Source of the DNA: Pecten maximus
Lineage: Eukaryota
NCBI RefSeq assembly: GCF_902652985.1
Contig: NC_047026.1
Coordinates: forward strand, 35,402,001 to 35,466,000
DNA length: 64,000 nt
Reading direction: 5' to 3'
Shown: positions 1-12,375 of the stretch, in pieces
Numbering within the stretch: the stretch's first letter is position 1
Layout of the letters: every line of letters begins with the position of its first letter
Made by a program: the position numbers and the translations under genes
The notes under the pieces: model-generated
Databases searched by the model: none
The model's input: the letters and a program-made list of their open reading frames with translations, nothing else
Told to the model about the DNA's origin: nothing

Positions 1-571
1 TATGACCTAATTAAACAATAGAAAACATCCTAATAATTTTTCGTACGCTGAGACCATGCTTTAATGCTGAAGGCATTATATCTATAAAAACATTTATGCT
101 TAGGACTATTTTATTACTGAATAGCTGGTTATTACATTTCCATATCCCAAAATGAATCTAACACAAATATTCAGATAGGCTCCAAATCTTTTGTTTTATT
201 CATAAGACGTGAAATTGCTGTAAATCCGTATTTGGCATATTAACGGTTGTCTATTAAAATACTACAGTTATATAAATCATATACATAAATACATTGTCAC
301 AGCCATCGACGAGTGATGGAACAATTGACACATACAGGCTTAAAGAGTCATTTCATATATAAAACACATACGCATGTATCCTGAACTGAATATAGGAACA
401 AATTTATTAATCTTCTTATCTTTGATTAACAATATAAGATTTCATCCAAATTTTCGAATCTGCACTTTTAACACCAATGCGTAAAACAGCATTTGTTGAA
501 GTCTGACTGATTCTGATTAACGTATGGAATCTACGATATTTCCTCACAACACATAGTCTCTTTAATTGATA

Positions 572-2336
572 CAGAGACATATATACAGAGAGATTGGCAG
601 CTCTCTATTTGCCCTTGTGTTTACATAGTGGCACCTGACCTTCCCACAATCCTTTGCGGTCGCTCGGTTCAGTCTTCACTAGACGCCATATTGGGGAAAA
701 CTTGAAAACCAGACACATAATTATCGATAATTTCTATTTGAAATCATCACCAAGATCCAATTATGTGCTTTAATTTTATTAATATCAAAGTGCAGAAGTG
801 TCATCAATATGAAATATATCACAATTTGCTGTCCAAGTGTTTGTATTTTGAGTATGAAAGTCAAGCACAACGCAGGAAAGATCGGCGGGAATCTCCATTT
901 TTCGAAAAGTCCCTATGGGGTTTTCGAGATTACGGATAAATGACAACAATGTGCATGATAATCAAGACCACATTCCATAAGTATGATAGTTTTTGGTTAA
1001 TGTGGTAACTTTTGTAGTGGCTTAGATAAAACAATGTGCTTTTCGTGTGCGTTTAAAATTGACGATGTTTTGGTCTGACGTAATGGCGGCTTAATTACAA
1101 ACTTGGACATGTCGAATAGGACCCAATGGATTTTCGAAAATACGGATAAATGACAACAATATGCATGATCAATAAGACTATATCCCATAAGTTTGATAGT
1201 TTTTGGTTAATGTGGTAACTTTTGTAGTGGCCAAAATAAAACGATGTGCTTTTTGTGTGCGTTTAAAATTGACGATGTTTTGGTCTGACGTAATGGCGGC
1301 TATTTACAAACTTGGACATGTCGAATAGGACCCAATGGATTTTTCGAAAATACGGATAAATGGCAACAATGTGCATGATCAATAAGACTATATCCCATAA
1401 GTATGATAGTTTTTGGTTAATGTGGTAACTTTTGTAGTGGCCAAAATAAAACGATGTGCTTTTTGTGTGCGTTTAAAATTGACGATGTTTTGGTCTGACG
1501 TAATGGCGGCTATTTACAAACTTGGACATGTCGAATAGGACCCGATGGATTTTTCGAAAATACGGATAAATGGCAACAATGTGCATGATCAATAAGACTA
1601 TATCCCATAAGTATGATAGTTTTTGGTTAATGTGGTAACTTTTGTAGTGGCCTAAATAAAACGATGTGCTTTTTGTGTGCGTTTAAAATTGACGATGTTT
1701 TGGTCTGACGTAATGGCGGCTTAATTACAAACTTGGACATGTCGAATAGGACCCAATGGATTTTCGAAAATACGGATAAATGACAACAATATGCATGATC
1801 AATAAGACTATATCCCATAAGTTTGATAGTTTTTGGTTAATGTGGTAACTTTTGTAGTGGCCAAAATAAAACGATGTGCTTTTTGTGTGCGTTTAAAATT
1901 GACGATGTTTTGGTCTGACGTAATGGCGGCTATTTACAAACTTGGACATGTCGAATAGGACCCAATGGATTTTCGAAAATACGGATAAATGACAACAATA
2001 TGCATGATCAATAAGACTATATCCCATAAGTTTGATAGTTTTTGGTTAATGTGGTAACTTTTGTAGTGGCCAAAATAAAACGATGTGCCTTCTGTGTGTA
2101 TTTAAAATGACGATGTTTTGGTCTGACGTAATGGCGGATTAACCAGAACATGTCGAATAAGTTCCAATACTACGATACACACATGCGCATAGCCCGATTT
2201 ACCTGCGCTCGCGTGTGTTTGATAGGAGACAGGACGCTCTCGATAAGGGATATGCTTGAGTGGTCACGAATAAAGGGAGCCACTATGTGTACGGGGAAAT
2301 AGCGATGTTACTAATCTCTCTGTATATATGTCTCTG
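572..2336. mobile_element. Non-autonomous TIR DNA transposon (P-element-like), carrying an internal 210-bp tandem array
   Basis: Perfect 24-bp TIR CAGAGACATATATACAGAGAGATT (572-595) with its reverse complement at 2313-2336, extending imperfectly to ~60 bp; 7-bp TSD ATTGATA (565-571 and 2337-2343). P-like assignment is inferred from the CA terminus and 7-bp TSD. Confidence 0.88.
918..2160. repeat. 210-bp tandem repeat, ~6 copies
   Basis: TACGGATAAATG recurs at 931, 1141, 1351, 1561, 1771 and 1980; copies are near-identical. Confidence 0.97.
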
Positions 2337-2705
2337 ATTGATATAGCTATATACTGTTTGATGTGTAGGAAACAGGTGAATCACTAGCTCCTCCCCTCAA
2401 TATCCAGTAGTTATTCGTAGTTATATTCTACAATTGTATTTTCAATTTTTTTTTATAATTTTGTTACAGCTTATAATGTTTTTATACTGTGGTGAATCAT
2501 AAAATTTTTCTTGATATTATATTATATTGATCCTTACTACTTTGCTTTGAAATTGAATGGCGCTGATTTTATCGCGTATTGCTTTACACGGAGATAAGTG
2601 CCTTTACTATGTAGCTAGATTTACAAGTATTTTGTATTTCAGTAATCAATTTAATTTCAGCATACAAAAATCAATACACTGACAGTTTCTGAATGCTTGT
2701 AAACA

Positions 2706-3050
2706 AATCCTCCTAAACACTTGAGTACTGGTCAGAATTTGGCCGATTACACTGACACTACAGTCGTAACTTGAGGTATACCATGTACTTTATATTACTG
2801 CCATGTTTAACACCTTCCCTGAAGCTGTGGATCATACCCTGACTTTGTAAATATGCTGTACAAAGCTTTTCACCTGTAATGTGTATCGTATTTCGTAATT
2901 GTCTTTAAAACCACCCTTTCGCTGTAGATATTGAAAGTAAACAAGATCCTGAACATTCTTCTTCATTTTCCGCTTTAACGATTCTAAGCCAGGGTTGTTT
3001 ATTTTTAGTACACCACAACGTCCAAAGTTAATGACCAAGAACTGATTTAA
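2706..3050 (+). repeat. Dispersed repeat, copy A (paralogue at ~10001-10990)
   Basis: AAATCCTCCTAAA.ACTTGAGTACTG.TCAGAA.TTGGCCGATTACACTGACA ... GATCCTGAACATT ... ACCACAACGTCCA shared with 10001-10990. Confidence 0.85.
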
Positions 3051-6000
3051 AGTGTACCCTGAACGAAAAACGATAATCAAATATGTTATTCTTTGTAACC
3101 ACCAAAGAAGAATGTCGCAAACCGCATCAAAATCGGTTGGCCGAGTGCCGAGATATCGCACATCGAAGTACGCGATTTTCACCTATCGGTCGACTGCTAA
3201 TCAGCGTATCGGTCATGATCAGTCACGCTGATTTGGAACTCTTCAGTCTATGACGTCACAGGTTGAACGGAGTGACTGTTATGGTGGCCAGTAGCATAGA
3301 GGACAGTGTGAACAGAAGCAGCACAAACATGTCTGAATACGATCTGGACGTGAGATATTGCCGACAAGAAGTCGGAATCCAACAATATAAGTTTGAGTTT
3401 AAAAAAAAAAGAAAAAAAATAGTGAAATTGACTCTGAAAATGACCGCTTGGTTAACACAGACTGGTGTAATAATCGGTCGATCACCAATAAATGTATATT
3501 AGTTATGTGTTTACCATTTCTTACTCATTACCAAAGAAAGGAACACAGTATCAACATTTTTAACTAAAATAATGTGCCATTTCATTCGCAAATTAATATT
3601 CAAATAAACATACCAACAATACAACAGTTCTGGATACTCTGGTTTGTGAGAAAAGACGAACACACGTACAGTAAATTTATGTGTTATATAGTCTATATTC
3701 TATACAAAACCCGCTTCTAGTCATGAAGGACACTTAATTTAGAAAGTGATATATTATAATCATCATGATCTTCAATAGACTAAATCTCTCCCGTATGAAT
3801 ACCAGTGTTGAAGTCTACAACAAACTTCTACATATACCGATTTTATCCTTTTTTTTACATGCCATGGTCTCAGGGATTAAGGACGATTAAATGCCTGAGA
3901 AAGATATAATTTACATGTACATGTATATACGATCGTTGTCATTGAAATTAGATATAATTGATACTTTCTGCACAGGTATAAAGCATAGGTACTTATTAAA
4001 ACCATCATTTTAGCTCCGTTTTTTATGATAAAACACATACAACTTATTTCATCGTGACTAATCATTATTAATACTAAAACTTATAAACTCGCAATGATTT
4101 TCGTGTATGATTTTTTTCAAATTTTATGTAGTTTTTGCTATTATTTTTTTAATTGTGTCATTATTATGAAGTGATCGAGATCCTTGTGGTTTTGCTTTCC
4201 ATTCGTGTCGCAAGTCATATCTTCACTTAAAAAGGGACTTTTAAAAGATGTATAAACATGTTTGAATGGGTTAGTATACCACTAAACAATTACCAGGTGT
4301 GAAATTACGGTCCACAAGCTCGTCACACCTGTCACTGCACCACAGGTGTCTGTGATTTCTGGTGTTCTAATCGACACACGCCGATAATTGCTTCTGAGTT
4401 CACGTGTTTGGTTTCTGTGCACTTCAAAAAAGTTCCGAAGACATGCTTTTACAGGTTGTACATAAATTGAGCTTGAATTTTATTAAAAATTGCGTTTATG
4501 CTATAGTGAATACATTTTCAAGTTTTTGAAATCAAACATGTTATTGTTGGAATGCAGTGAGTTTCGTTTTCCTTACAAACGAAAAAATTCATATCTCAAA
4601 GGTTTGTCTATAGAATAATTAACCTAAGTTACCTCATTCATATATATACCCATGATGTTGAAAATTTACTCTACGATTCTTGTCTGGGAGTTAATAATCT
4701 TTCATGGACACGTTTTATCAATTGCGGACAATTACCCAAAAATCACAAATAACGGTATCATTGCTGTTTTGGCTAATAAAAAATTCAAAATGATAAGCAT
4801 TTATTTCACATCTTGTATGAATTGCATATTAAACTTGCAGTGGCGTAGGAAGCGGGGGGGCAGGGGGGGGCAATTGCCCCCCCCCACTTTTTTCAGTGGG
4901 GGGTCAAACATATCTTTTTGCCCCCCCACTTTTTGACATCCAAAATCTAAAAAAAGGGGATAAAACGCGAATTTATATATTCATTTCGATAAATATCTGT
5001 ATATTTCCGAACTGATAATGTTTTCTTGAAGGCAACGATAAAAACTTTATCTTGTACATCCGGAACATTCCGACTTTTATACTAGTATATCAATCCTCAG
5101 ACCTGTGCAACAGCCTGGTAAGTCAATATTTATATCTTTATAAGAAATTTTGCTCAACTTCATCACATAGATTCAATAAGTTGATGATAATTTGTGAAGT
5201 TAATTGAGTTCATAATGAGAAAAAAGACAGAAACACAACATGAAGAAGAATGCGCGGTTTTAACGTGAATAGAGTGATACTTATTACCGACAGGTACGAG
5301 GAAATACAAAAAAAAAAATCGACTCGCGCCTACGGCGCTCGCTTTATCACTAAATTACTGACCCCCCTTTCGATTGCAGATCTACAGGGGGGCTTCGCCA
5401 CCCTGTGACCCGCTGGGCGGCCCCCAGACCTATCGCAAAAAGGAAAAAAAATCGGCTCGCGCCTACGGCGCTCGCATGATCACTTAATTACTGGACCCCC
5501 CTTTCGAAAACTCCTGGATCCGCGCCTGATCCCGAATTATTGGAAATGTACTATATTCATTTTCCGCGGAGGGCTTAGACCCCCTTGACCCCATATCAGG
5601 GCGCTGCCCTGGACCCGCTGGGCGGCCCCTCGGACCCCGCAAAAAAAACATTGTCTCGCGCCTACGGCGCTCGCATTATTACTAAATTACTGGACCCCCA
5701 CGCCCTGGGCGGGCCTGGTGATTCATGTTTTGCTATATTTAATATATATATTCTGATTTGCGTAAATAACTTATTTTGTACTACATAAATTATCAAAACT
5801 ATCATGGGATGTTGAAATGATAATTATTGGCTAATTTTGCGGAGATGGCATACGATTTGTTTAGTGTGTAAAATTTAAGGTTAAAAAAAAATTTGCCCCC
5901 CCACTTTTTGACGACTTCCTACGCCACTGACTTGTATTACTTGAAGTATTATAACCGAAATCAATACTGGTACATTTGTATGTAACAAACCGGTCATGCC

Positions 6001-6605
6001 CTCATAATAAAGGCTATATGATCGATGTAAGTCATTTTAAACGGCCCGTTATTCAAATGTCATACCTGTTACAACGACTCGTTAAAATAAAAAAAATAAA
6101 AAATAATTAAATATACATGTTATATTCGACCTGTTATAATATATACGACCAGCTGATATATAGAAAATAAATAAGATGATACACGTTGTATTTGGCCCGT
6201 TAGAATAGAAAATTAGTAAGATGTTACATGTTGTATATGGCTCGTTATGAGAGAAAATGGCCCGTTTAAAAAGAAAATTATATGTCCTTGGTTTCGGTAG
6301 CACTTGTTATAAACTAATTCACAAATATACCTCAGAGAGTTTATTCAGCACTTTCATTTTTGTTGTCTTATTCGCATTAATTACAGGCACGTGTTCACGT
6401 TTGTTTCTATATATTTCCTATATGGCCGCTCCGATCGTGTTCAACCTGTGACGTCACAGGTCAGAGGTCACCAAAACGAGGTATTCGAGAAAAATCGCAA
6501 TTACTCGGTAATGGGTCGGCCGATTTTGATGCGGTTTTCTGCATTCTTGTTTATTAATCAATACCAATAATATATTAAAATATAATTTTTCGTTCAGGGT
6601 ACACT
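3051..6605. mobile_element. Non-autonomous Kolobok-like (TTAA-specific) DNA transposon
   Basis: 20-bp TIR AGTGTACCCTGAACGAAAAA (3051-3070 and 6586-6605); TTAA on both sides (3047-3050, 6606-6609); subterminal inverted motif ACCGCATCAAAATCGG / CCGATTTTGATGCGGT; no transposase ORF. Confidence 0.85.
4838..5929. mobile_element. Nested non-autonomous DNA transposon (CAGTGG termini, 5-bp TSD; hAT-like?)
   Basis: 15-bp TIR CAGTGGCGTAGGAAG / CTTCCTACGCCACTG; TSD ACTTG (4833-4837, 5930-5934); repeated TTGCCCCCCCACTTTTT subterminal motifs; three internal CTCGCGCCTACGGCGCTCGC repeats (~5323, ~5456, ~5655). Confidence 0.85.
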
Positions 6606-6651
6606 TTAATGTTAAGCGAATTATACCAATTTGATATTTGAGACTTGGTTA

Positions 6652-7555
6652 GCTAGTGATTAATGTAAGGAACGCTAGTGATTTATGATAGGAACGCTAG
6701 TGATTAATGTAAGGACCGCTAGTGATTAATGAGAGGAACAATAATGATTAACGATAGGAACAATAGTGATTAACGATAGGAACAATAGTGATTAACGACA
6801 GGAACGCTAGTGATTAATGATAGGAACGCCAGTGATTAACGATAGGAACGCTAGTGATTAATGATAGGAACGCTAGTGATTAACGATAGGAACGCTAGTG
6901 ATTAATGATTGGAACGCCAGTGATTAATGATAGGAACGCTAGTGATTAATGATTCCAATGCTAGTGATTGGTGTTAGGAACGCTAGTGATTAATGATAGG
7001 AACGCTAGTGGTTAATGATTGGAACGCCAGTGATTAATGATAGGAACGGTAGTGATTAATGATAGGAACGCTAGTGGTTAATGATTGGAACGCCAGTGAT
7101 TAATGTTAGGAACGCTAGTGATTAATGATAGGAACGCTAGTGATTAATGTTAGGAACGCTAGTGATTAATGATAGGAACGCTAGTGGTTAATGTTAGGAA
7201 CGCTAGTGATTAATGATAGGAACGCTAGTGATTAACGATAGGAACGTTAGTGATTAATGTTAGGAACGCTAGTGATTAATGTTAGGAACGCTAGTGATTA
7301 ACGATAGGAACGCTAGTGATTAATGATACTAACGCTAGTGATTAACGATAGGAACGCTAGTGATTATTGATAGGAACGCTAGTGATGAATGATCGGAACG
7401 CTAGTGATTAATGATATGAACGCTAGTGATTAACGATAGGAACGCTAGTGATTATTGATAGGAACGCTAGTGATGAATGATCGGAACGCTAGTGATAAAT
7501 GATCGGAACGCTAGTGATTTATGATTGGTATACTAGTGGTTAATGATAGGAACGT
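6652..7555. repeat. 22-bp minisatellite (GCTAGTGATTAATGATAGGAAC)n
   Basis: About 40 tandem copies; same family as 25970-27140. Confidence 0.97.
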
Positions 7556-7789
7556 TCCTAATATTATCTCAGAATCTGTGCTGGTGGTCCATAAGCGAAA
7601 GATTTCTGGCCCATTATCAAAATATTTTTATCAAAAAAATGCACAACCGGTTTTGATAATGTTAGTTTAATGGAAAGTGAGACAATTAAATATGATTAAA
7701 TGGATGTTTCTTAACAATTAACAAATGTAAATGTTGCCTCTGATATTTGTACAGGAGAGTTTGATGAGGAGACTGTGTTACATATGATA

Positions 7790-8470
7790 AGGGAGCGTAC
7801 ACACGTTCCATCAAAGTTCAGCTTAAGTTGTGTTTCTCCTTTAATTGTCGATAAGGCTATCTGTGAGGTCAAAGTCATGAAGGCCACTGTTGTTGATAAC
7901 ATTCTAAATTCCTTACAGACTGTTGTACAGACATCAGTGCACCTTTGAGCGGCATGATAAATCACTCTTTTGGTGTATCAGAGTTCCCTAGCCGGTTAAA
8001 GGATGCTCAGGTACATACACATATGTAGTTCCTATTTTAAAGAAAAAACAATATTTTAGAAAAAAAACTACCGATCAGTCATTATTTTACCCTGTATCTC
8101 TAAGATCTTTAAAAGAGCCATGTGTGATCAACTGACCGGGTTTTTTTAACTAATATTTTTCATCCTTTCCTTGTAGCCTTTCATTGCAACCAGGATTTGG
8201 ATGTCAATCAACCCTGTTGTGACTTGTGGAGGATTGACGAAAGGCATTGTACAACCACGAGTATGTCGCCGCCATACGAATGGACCTGTCCAAGGCTTTC
8301 GACTGCCTACCTCATAATCTGCTGGTCAGGAAGCTGGAATCCTACGGTCTGAGTAGAGGTTCTGTTGACCTGGTGTACTGCTACCTAAGCAGCAGGAAGC
8401 AGCAGGTAAAGATTGGTACTAGTACTATATTCAGTGACTGGTTGGATGTGCCCAAGGGAGTGTTCTATAT
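7790..8470 (+). mobile_element. Degenerate CR1-group LINE reverse-transcriptase fragment
   Basis: ORF 8247-8537 has MDLSKAFDCLPHNLLVRKLESYG...YLSSRKQQVKIG...VPKGV; upstream part is broken by stops and frameshifts. Confidence 0.8.
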
Positions 8471-8524
8471 TAGGCCCTACGATATGTGTGAACAACATTT
8501 GATTTTGACACAGAAATTCTTTAT

Positions 8525-8930
8525 TCAATGTTGCTGAAAAAGAGTGAATAAAACACATCATTGTGTAAAACCTACACGAGTCAATTTTGAGCAAGCCTAT
8601 GACTAGATGGACCACCAAGTCTAACGGGGATATTCCCCTGTTGAATTTTAAAACCGTTGAATCTCGACAGTGACACGTGATATTTTATGCTTGGAGTGTC
8701 AAAGGATATGCAGATGAAATGTCGATGTATCAATATCCATGTCCCTATATATGTATAACATTATTTAATAGAATTATGTAGTTGTTGTTTACTTGTACGA
8801 ATTGTTATATGCAAAACCATTAATTTCTGTTTGTGATTTGTCGTTCCCTGTGTTATCAAGTAGGGACAGATTATAATTGTTCTCATATTCCTGTTTCGAC
8901 TTGCAAGTGCTATCATGCAAATTATAAAGT
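8525..8930 (+). repeat. ~400-bp dispersed repeat (second copy ~30733-31170)
   Basis: Shared blocks AATGTTGCTG..TACACGAGTCAATTTTGAG.AAGCCTA, TGACACGTGA, AATTATGTAGTTGT.GTTTACTTGTACGA, TTTGTCGTTCCCT, GTAGGGACAGAT, TCATGCAAATT. Confidence 0.85.
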
Positions 8931-9165
8931 AAAAGAATGAATTAACTCAGAATGGAAATGTATAAGAGAATTTGTGGTAAAGAAGCCAAACTTCCGAAGT
9001 AAGTCCTTCTACCAATTACCCATTGTACCCTGGTCTTCCTGGTCTTTCTTCCAAATGATTACGTTTATGCCCATAACTACTCAGAGAAACGATATTCCAG
9101 GTAGCTACATGTACGGAACTACCCTCAGAGATTGCTGCCTATCACCCGGGCCATTACCCTAGTCT

Positions 9166-9426
9166 GTTTGTTAGGTATGTTGGCCCCGTGAACAACCAGG
9201 GTCATATTGGAGCGAGGTCTCATTATAGTAGCTGGTGACTACCTCACTTAAAACGTACAGGGGGCCCGTCGCATGCCATCCAGTAAGGTTCGGGTAAAGT
9301 GATTCGCCCAATTACATAATAGTACAGACCGGTCCGTTTCTCAGCTTCCAGGGAAACACAAGCCGAACCACGCACCTCGGGTAATCTAAGGTTACGCAAA
9401 CTCTTACCAAGTGCTATCACAGCCCC
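9166..9426 (-). mobile_element. Degenerate tRNA-derived CORE-type SINE
   Basis: Minus strand: tRNA-like head GGGGCTGTGATAGCACTTGGTAAGAG...GGTTCGG, CORE-like TTGGGCGAATCACTTTACCC, and 3' tail ATGACCCTGGTTGTT shared with other SINEs in the window. Confidence 0.6.
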
Positions 9427-10000
9427 CTCTCCCTAGCCCGCAAACATACAATGTCATTTACCAGAAAACATCAAAGATATATCCAATACCATAAGAGGCA
9501 TGCTTACATGAGAAATATCGAGTTTAATATAAAAACATGGCATCCCAATGAACGAACGAGATGTTTAGAATTTTAAAATATGTATAGAACATGGTGTAGA
9601 AAACCGGCTAAATTAATAGCTTTTCCCTAGCTTTATTATTTTTTGACATCGTCTTATGTTTCTCCACGGTGGTGAACCATTGAACTTACCATATGTATAT
9701 TGATGTATAGACCGTGCTGCTTTACTACGTACAGCAATTGAATAGTGCTATATGTTTGTAACTTTATCACTAAAACCCGTCTTATGTGAACTGGTTATTT
9801 TTGTACACAGATCGGTCCTTATTATGTGTATGATATTACGTAATGCATGGACCTGATGATTATTTGTCTCACCGTGTCTGTATCGGTTTGTATCACGTGA
9901 GGTCGTGTAATACCTTTGAGTAAGCAGCTAGATTAAATTTTAATTTAGGAATAGTATGCAAAATAAATGTGCTATCATAGTACGTGTGTGTGCATGTACC

Positions 10001-10990
10001 AAATCCTCCTAAAACTTGAGTACTGATCAGAAGTTGGCCGATTACACTGACATTACAGTCGTAAAAGTATACCCTGTACTTTATGTTACTGGGATGGCTT
10101 TTGTACACATTACCTTACGTTGTAGATCATTCCCTGACTTTGTCCCTGTCTTTGTCCCTGGCTTTGTCCCTGACTTTGTCCCTGACCCTGGCTTAATTGT
10201 CCCTGACCCTAGCTTAATTGTCCCTGACCCTGAATTTGTCACTGACCCTGACTTTGTCCCTGACCCTGGCTTAATTGTCCCTGACCATAGCTTAATTGTC
10301 CCTGACCCTGACTTTGTCCATGTCTCTGACTTTGTCCTTGACCCTGACTTTGTCCTTGACCCTGACTTTGTCTCTGACCCTGACTTTGTCTCTGACCCTG
10401 ACTTTGTTCCTGACTTTGTTCCTGACTTTGTTCCTGACTTTGTTTATGGCTTTGTCTATTACTTTGTCCCTGAATTTGTCCCTGACTTTGTTCCTGACTT
10501 TGTCCCTGACTTTGTCCATTATTTGTCCATGACTTTGCATATGCTAAAGCTTTTCCTCTATCACGTGTATCGCATTACTTATTTGTCTTTTAAAGCTACT
10601 CTTTCTCTGTGATATTGAAAGCAACCGAGATCCTGAACATTTCTCTTCATTTTCTTATTTAACTTTCCTTAACCAAGATTATAACAAATTATTTCTGAAA
10701 TATAATTTAATTTATCATATGAAGACCGGCTTATTAATTCTGTAGCTAGTTTGATAACCATTTAGAATTTTCCTTTTTCTAGCATGCACAGGAATTATAC
10801 GACTCTACGCAGTATTCTCTATTCATTTCTTTGTGCAGTGTACCAAGTTACCTCCCTTAATTTTTGAGTTACCCCCCTTTGCACAGTATATCCGGTAGAC
10901 ATTTGGAAAAGCTACTGATAAAGGCAAACATTAGTGAACCACAACGTCCAGAGTTTATTACCAAAACTGATTTGATTTTAAATGAATTAC
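10001..10990 (+). repeat. Dispersed repeat, copy B, with expanded internal minisatellite
   Basis: Colinear with 2706-3050 plus the sequence just after 6609; carries a minisatellite at 10131-10540 and an extra segment at ~10660-10935. Confidence 0.8.
10131..10540. repeat. 12/18/21-bp minisatellite (CCTGACTTTGTC core)
   Basis: Tandem CCTGACTTTGTC, CCTGACCCTGACTTTGTC and CCTGACCCTGGCTTAATTGTC units. Confidence 0.95.
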
Positions 10991-11019
10991 ATCAATATGA
11001 TTTTCCATAATTCACGGAG

Positions 11020-11970
11020 AGTTGGTTATAACGGAACACAGAAAGTGAGCGTTTTGAATCTAAATTTCAGTACCCATTCATAAAACCATTTGTGGAGATA
11101 TTGCTGTGTACGTTAAGAAATATCACTGCGATTCGACTTTCAGAATCTGAAATGAATAATCTTAAATACATTTTGGTTGAAATGAAAATCGTTAATAAAT
11201 TTTTCATGGTGGACACTTTTTATAGACCACCAAAACTCTGGAGATAAATCTTAAACTGAATATATGATTATTATTGATCATTATATTTTATATTGGGCTG
11301 ATAATGAATCTTTATTCTAATTACAGATGATTTTCAATAAAGTCAGTGAGTTATCTACCCTAGTCGTACATGTATTGTTATCAATATAATGTATGGATAT
11401 AATTGTATGTCAACTTGTTGACGACCCTACTCATTTTACAGAACACTCATCCTGTCGTTGAGATGGAATCATGACTGATAATTCGATGGATGTCCTGGAC
11501 TTGATGCCGACATGAAATGATTGATAATTCGATGGAAATCCTGGACGTGATGCCGACATGAATATTTTTAACCTTCCTGGAGATGACTCAGAGATTTATT
11601 AATGACGCTGGACGTTTCTAATATACTTCCAATAAACATGGGCCATCGCTTTTTCATTGATCTTATTAAAAAGGATGGATGTCTTTACAGAACAATTAAT
11701 GGACATACAGTCCACCTAACTACATTGTACGAGAAACTAGCTGACGTTTTTTTACACTATCCTGTCATTTTCCCTTCTGTTATTGGTGTGTACTAGTCAT
11801 AATAACAATATTTATTACTCCGTATATAATATATTTCCCGTTTGATTGATCATTTATATTGTAATTTGAATGTATACTGCTTATCACTGTGAGGAGAGAG
11901 AGGGCTTGCCGGTTACCCAATTCCCTTTGTATCTAAGATCTGAAATATTAAATTATTCTGAAATAAACAA
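11020..11970 (+). mobile_element. Degenerate CR1-like LINE remnant (endonuclease fragment plus probable 3' end)
   Basis: Translatable remnants F-YRPP (~11218) and QLVDDPTHFTEHSS (~11411) typical of the APE domain; putative 3' end GAGAGGGCTT...CCCAATTCCCTTTG...AATAAA near 11895-11966. Confidence 0.55.
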
Positions 11971-12375
11971 GACGGGTTTTACTCAAAGACTAACAATATA
12001 GGCACCACGAAGCATATGTCTACACTAAATTCTTTTCACCAGATGTGTATGTGTAAATGTTTATTTGAAATGTTAAATTGATATTGATTCATTTCCCTTT
12101 CTATGTACTATTGGTATAAATTAATATAAACTCTGAGCTTATGTTCCCATCCCATATGAATATATGGATGTGGAACATTGTTGAATACTGAATAAAAAAA
12201 ATTTAAACCGATGATATTAACAGAAAGTATTGATCTTTCTTTCTTTAATTCCAATTTTATTTTTGATAACATATAATTTAGTATATAGTTTATGTATATA
12301 GCACACCTGTCGCATCAAAATCCGTATAAATATAGGATGTCATTGTTAATATTCCAGTATAGACAGAGGTAGAGT

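Noticed and set aside
997-1818. Duplicate 63-aa ORFs
   Set aside because: By-products of the 210-bp tandem unit; no protein motif.
10016-10612. 198-aa PDFV-repeat ORF as a real gene
   Set aside because: TTG start, lies across a minisatellite within a dispersed repeat, and the paralogue lacks it; kept only as a speculative finding.
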